Shown here: positions 43,979 to 46,303 of the stretch, piece by piece
Layout: every line of letters starts with the position of its first letter
How positions within the stretch are numbered: the first letter of the stretch is position 1
IMG/VR virus record: IMGVR_UViG_3300016666_000387
Coordinates: 1-46,303 of that record
Source: a virus
Lineage: Duplodnaviria > Caudoviricetes
DNA length: 46,303 nt
Reading direction: 5' to 3' (one strand)
Notes under the pieces: generated by a model
Seen by the model: only the letters and a program-made list of their open reading frames with translations
Databases searched by the model: none
What the model was told of the DNA's origin: nothing
Made by a program: the position numbers and the translations under genes

Positions 43979-44755
43979 ATGGAATCTTCGACTCTAACCA
44001 ACAATCAAGCCCGGTTCGTGGCTGAGTACATGAGCGTGCTGCCTCGCTGCGCGACGAAAGCGTATCAACGCGTGTTCGGCGGCGAGTACGCGATTGCCGG
44101 CAGCTCGGCGTCGCTGATGATGAGCTATCCGCATGTACAGGCCGCTATCGCCAAATGGGAGGATGAGCTCCGCAAGGACCTGCGCATGGACGTCGAGCAG
44201 TACATCCGCGAACTGGTGCTCGTGGCTACCGCTGACCCCCGCGACCTGAGCGAGCGGTACATCGGCTCGTGCCGGCACTGCCACGGCGTCGGGCACCAGC
44301 ACCAGTACACCCAGAACGAATTCCAGCTCCTGCTCAACGCGCACATCGTCCGGCGCGCCAAGGACAAGGACCTAGGCCCCGACCCGCTCGGCCTGGAGTT
44401 TGATTGCAAGGGCGGCCCAGGGTTCAACCAGCGCCGCGCGCCGCACCCCGAGTGCACCGAGTGCTTTGGCGACGGCAAGGGCTACGAGGTGTTCAAGGAC
44501 ACGCGCACCTTGTCGGCCGGCGCCGCCCGGCTGTATGCCGGTGTCAAGAAGACCCGCGACGGCCTGGAGATCAAGACGCGCTCTCCGGACAAGGCGATTG
44601 AGATCCTCGGTAACATCCTCGGCCTGAGCAAGAAGGTCGAGCTCACCGGCCCCAATGGCGGCCCCTTGGTCGTCCAGGCAGGCGTGGCTACCACACCCAT
44701 GCCGACCGACCCAATCGCCGCTGCGGCCGAGTATCGCCGCATCATGGGGGGCTGA
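43979..44755 (+). CDS. terS: Terminase small subunit with Cys-rich insertion
   Basis: LTNNQARFVAEY...ATKAY...VQAAI HTH; CRHC/CTEC insertion; AARLYAGVK and KVELTGPNGGP; precedes terL. Confidence 0.88.
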   Translation: MESSTLTNNQARFVAEYMSVLPRCATKAYQRVFGGEYAIAGSSASLMMSYPHVQAAIAKWEDELRKDLRMDVEQYIRELVLVATADPRDLSERYIGSCRHCHGVGHQHQYTQNEFQLLLNAHIVRRAKDKDLGPDPLGLEFDCKGGPGFNQRRAPHPECTECFGDGKGYEVFKDTRTLSAGAARLYAGVKKTRDGLEIKTRSPDKAIEILGNILGLSKKVELTGPNGGPLVVQAGVATTPMPTDPIAAAAEYRRIMGG

Positions 44756-44758
44756 CGC

Positions 44759-46303
44759 GTGCCTTTGCCCTTCCCCTTCGATTTCCGCAAGCCGGATTAT
44801 GTACAAGTCTTTGAATGGCGCGTTGAGCGCATGCGTCGTATCCGCGAAGCGATGGCCGCGCCCGGCGGCGAGCAAGTGTTGCCGAACCTCAAATTGTTCT
44901 ACCGTGACCATCCGGCCCAGTTCATCCAAGACTTCGGCATGACGTTCGACCCGCGCAATCCCGAGCGCGGCTTGCCCACGGTCATCCCCTTCCTGCTCTT
45001 CCCCAAACAGGAGGAATACATTGAGTGGGTCATGGAGCGCTGGAAAGCCCAGGAGCCGGGCATCACCGAGAAGAGCCGGGACATGGGCATGAGCTGGGTC
45101 ACGGTGGGCCTGGGCGCCACGCTGTGCCTCTTCCGGCCCGGCCTGGTCATCGGCTACGGCAGCCGCAAGGAGGAATACGTCGACAAGCTCGGCGCGCCGA
45201 AGTCGCTCTTTTACAAGGCGCGCATGTTCGTGCAGGCGCTGCCGGCCGAGTTCCGCGGCACCTGGGACAAGAAGCGCGACGCGCCGCACATGCGCATCAT
45301 GTTCCCCGATACCGAATCCATCATGACCGGCGAGGCCGGCGATGGCATCGGGCGCGGCGACCGCACCTCGATCTACTTCGTTGACGAGTCGGCCCACTTG
45401 GAGCGTCCAGAGCTGATCGACGCGTCCCTATCGGCTACGACCAACTGCCGCCAGGACCTGTCCAGCGTCAACGGCACGGCCAACCCGTTCGCCATCAAGC
45501 GCCATTCGGGCAAGATCCCCGTCTTTACCTTCCACTGGCGCGACGACCCGCGCAAGGACGACGCCTGGTACCAGAAGCAATGTGACACGCTGCCGGCCGT
45601 CGTCGTGGCCCAGGAGATCGACCTCAACTACGCCGCCAGCGTCGAGGGCGTGGTCATTCCGAGCGCCTGGGTACAGGCGGCCGTCGGCGCGGCCATGAAG
45701 CTGGGCATCCGCCCGACCGGCCTGCGCCGCGGCGCGCTGGACGTTGCTGACGAGGGCATCGACAAGTGCGCCTTCGCCGGCCGCTACGGCTTCGAGCTAG
45801 AGGTGCTGGAGGAATGGTCGGGCAAAGGCGACGACATTTTCGGCTCGACGGTCAAGGCGCACGGGCTGTGCGACACGCACGGCTACCCGCGCTACCTCTA
45901 CGATGCGGACGGGCTGGGCTCAGGCGTTCGAGGCGACGCACGCGTGATCAACGAGGCGCGGCGTAACGACGGCATCCGCGAGATCCAGGTTGAGCCGTTC
46001 CGGGGCAGCGGCGGCGTCGAGGACCCGACGGGCGAGATGGTGCCCGAGCGCAAGAACGAGGATTTCTTCGCCAACGCCAAGGCGCAATCATGGTGGGCCC
46101 TGCGCCTGCGTTTCTTGGCCACCTACCGCGCGGTGGTCGAGGGCATGGAGTTCAACGAGGCCGACATTATCAGCCTGCCCGCCTCGCTCCCCATGTTGCA
46201 CCAGCTGACGGCCGAGTTATCGCAGCCAACGTATAAATTGAACAACGCGGGCAAGATGCTGATCAACAAAGCACCTGACAGTTGCCGATGCCGTCATGAT
46301 CGC
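44759..46303 (+). CDS. terL: Terminase large subunit (runs off the window end; not in the ORF track)
   Basis: GTG start, [14 protein letters not shown]; [30 protein letters not shown] and ELSQPTY motifs. Confidence 0.92.
   Translation, partial: MPLPFPFDFRKPDYVQVFEWRVERMRRIREAMAAPGGEQVLPNLKLFYRDHPAQFIQDFGMTFDPRNPERGLPTVIPFLLFPKQEEYIEWVMERWKAQEPGITEKSRDMGMSWVTVGLGATLCLFRPGLVIGYGSRKEEYVDKLGAPKSLFYKARMFVQALPAEFRGTWDKKRDAPHMRIMFPDTESIMTGEAGDGIGRGDRTSIYFVDESAHLERPELIDASLSATTNCRQDLSSVNGTANPFAIKRHSGKIPVFTFHWRDDPRKDDAWYQKQCDTLPAVVVAQEIDLNYAASVEGVVIPSAWVQAAVGAAMKLGIRPTGLRRGALDVADEGIDKCAFAGRYGFELEVLEEWSGKGDDIFGSTVKAHGLCDTHGYPRYLYDADGLGSGVRGDARVINEARRNDGIREIQVEPFRGSGGVEDPTGEMVPERKNEDFFANAKAQSWWALRLRFLATYRAVVEGMEFNEADIISLPASLPMLHQLTAELSQPTYKLNNAGKMLINKAPDSCRCRHDR
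46287..46303 (+). repeat. Terminal overlap, right copy
   Basis: Identical to 1-17. Confidence 0.95.

Larger units (their letters stand above)
1..46303. mobile_element. Complete circularly permuted myovirus genome (Bcep781/OP2-like organisation), apparently non-integrating
   Basis: Full set of terminase, portal, capsid, sheath/tube, baseplate, lysis and replication genes; 17-bp terminal overlap; no integrase or host genes seen. Confidence 0.93.

Overview
The window appears to be one complete, circularly permuted genome (about 46.3 kb, GC-rich) of a contractile-tailed phage of the Bcep781/OP2-like type. A 17-bp overlap at the two ends cuts through the large terminase gene. The + strand carries head, neck, sheath/tube, baseplate, tailspike/fibre and lysis genes (886-25087). 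Two reverse-oriented early cassettes interrupt the packaging/head cluster, each with an identical 30-bp promoter. A - strand replication block (25005-31855) encodes a family-A polymerase, an SSB-like protein and a DUF2800 nuclease. A + strand block (31948-43047) encodes a helicase, an accessory operon, a TetR-like regulator, a primase-helicase and an SGNH-esterase cassette. An AT-rich symmetric region and terS/terL follow. I found no integrase, tRNA or CRISPR array. Most interesting: (1) a two-gene cassette of a miniature QueF-like T-fold protein plus a TGT/DpdA-like transglycosylase, a candidate minimal 7-deazaguanine DNA-modification system with no precursor-synthesis genes; (2) an Acb1-like 2H phosphodiesterase and a stand-alone helicase arginine-finger fragment in the same operon, suggesting a counter-defence operon; (3) two separate operator/promoter families; (4) a tailspike inserted into the baseplate operon with a possible peptide docking motif; (5) a nested-palindrome origin candidate. 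All family assignments come from motif recognition and gene order by eye, not from database searches.
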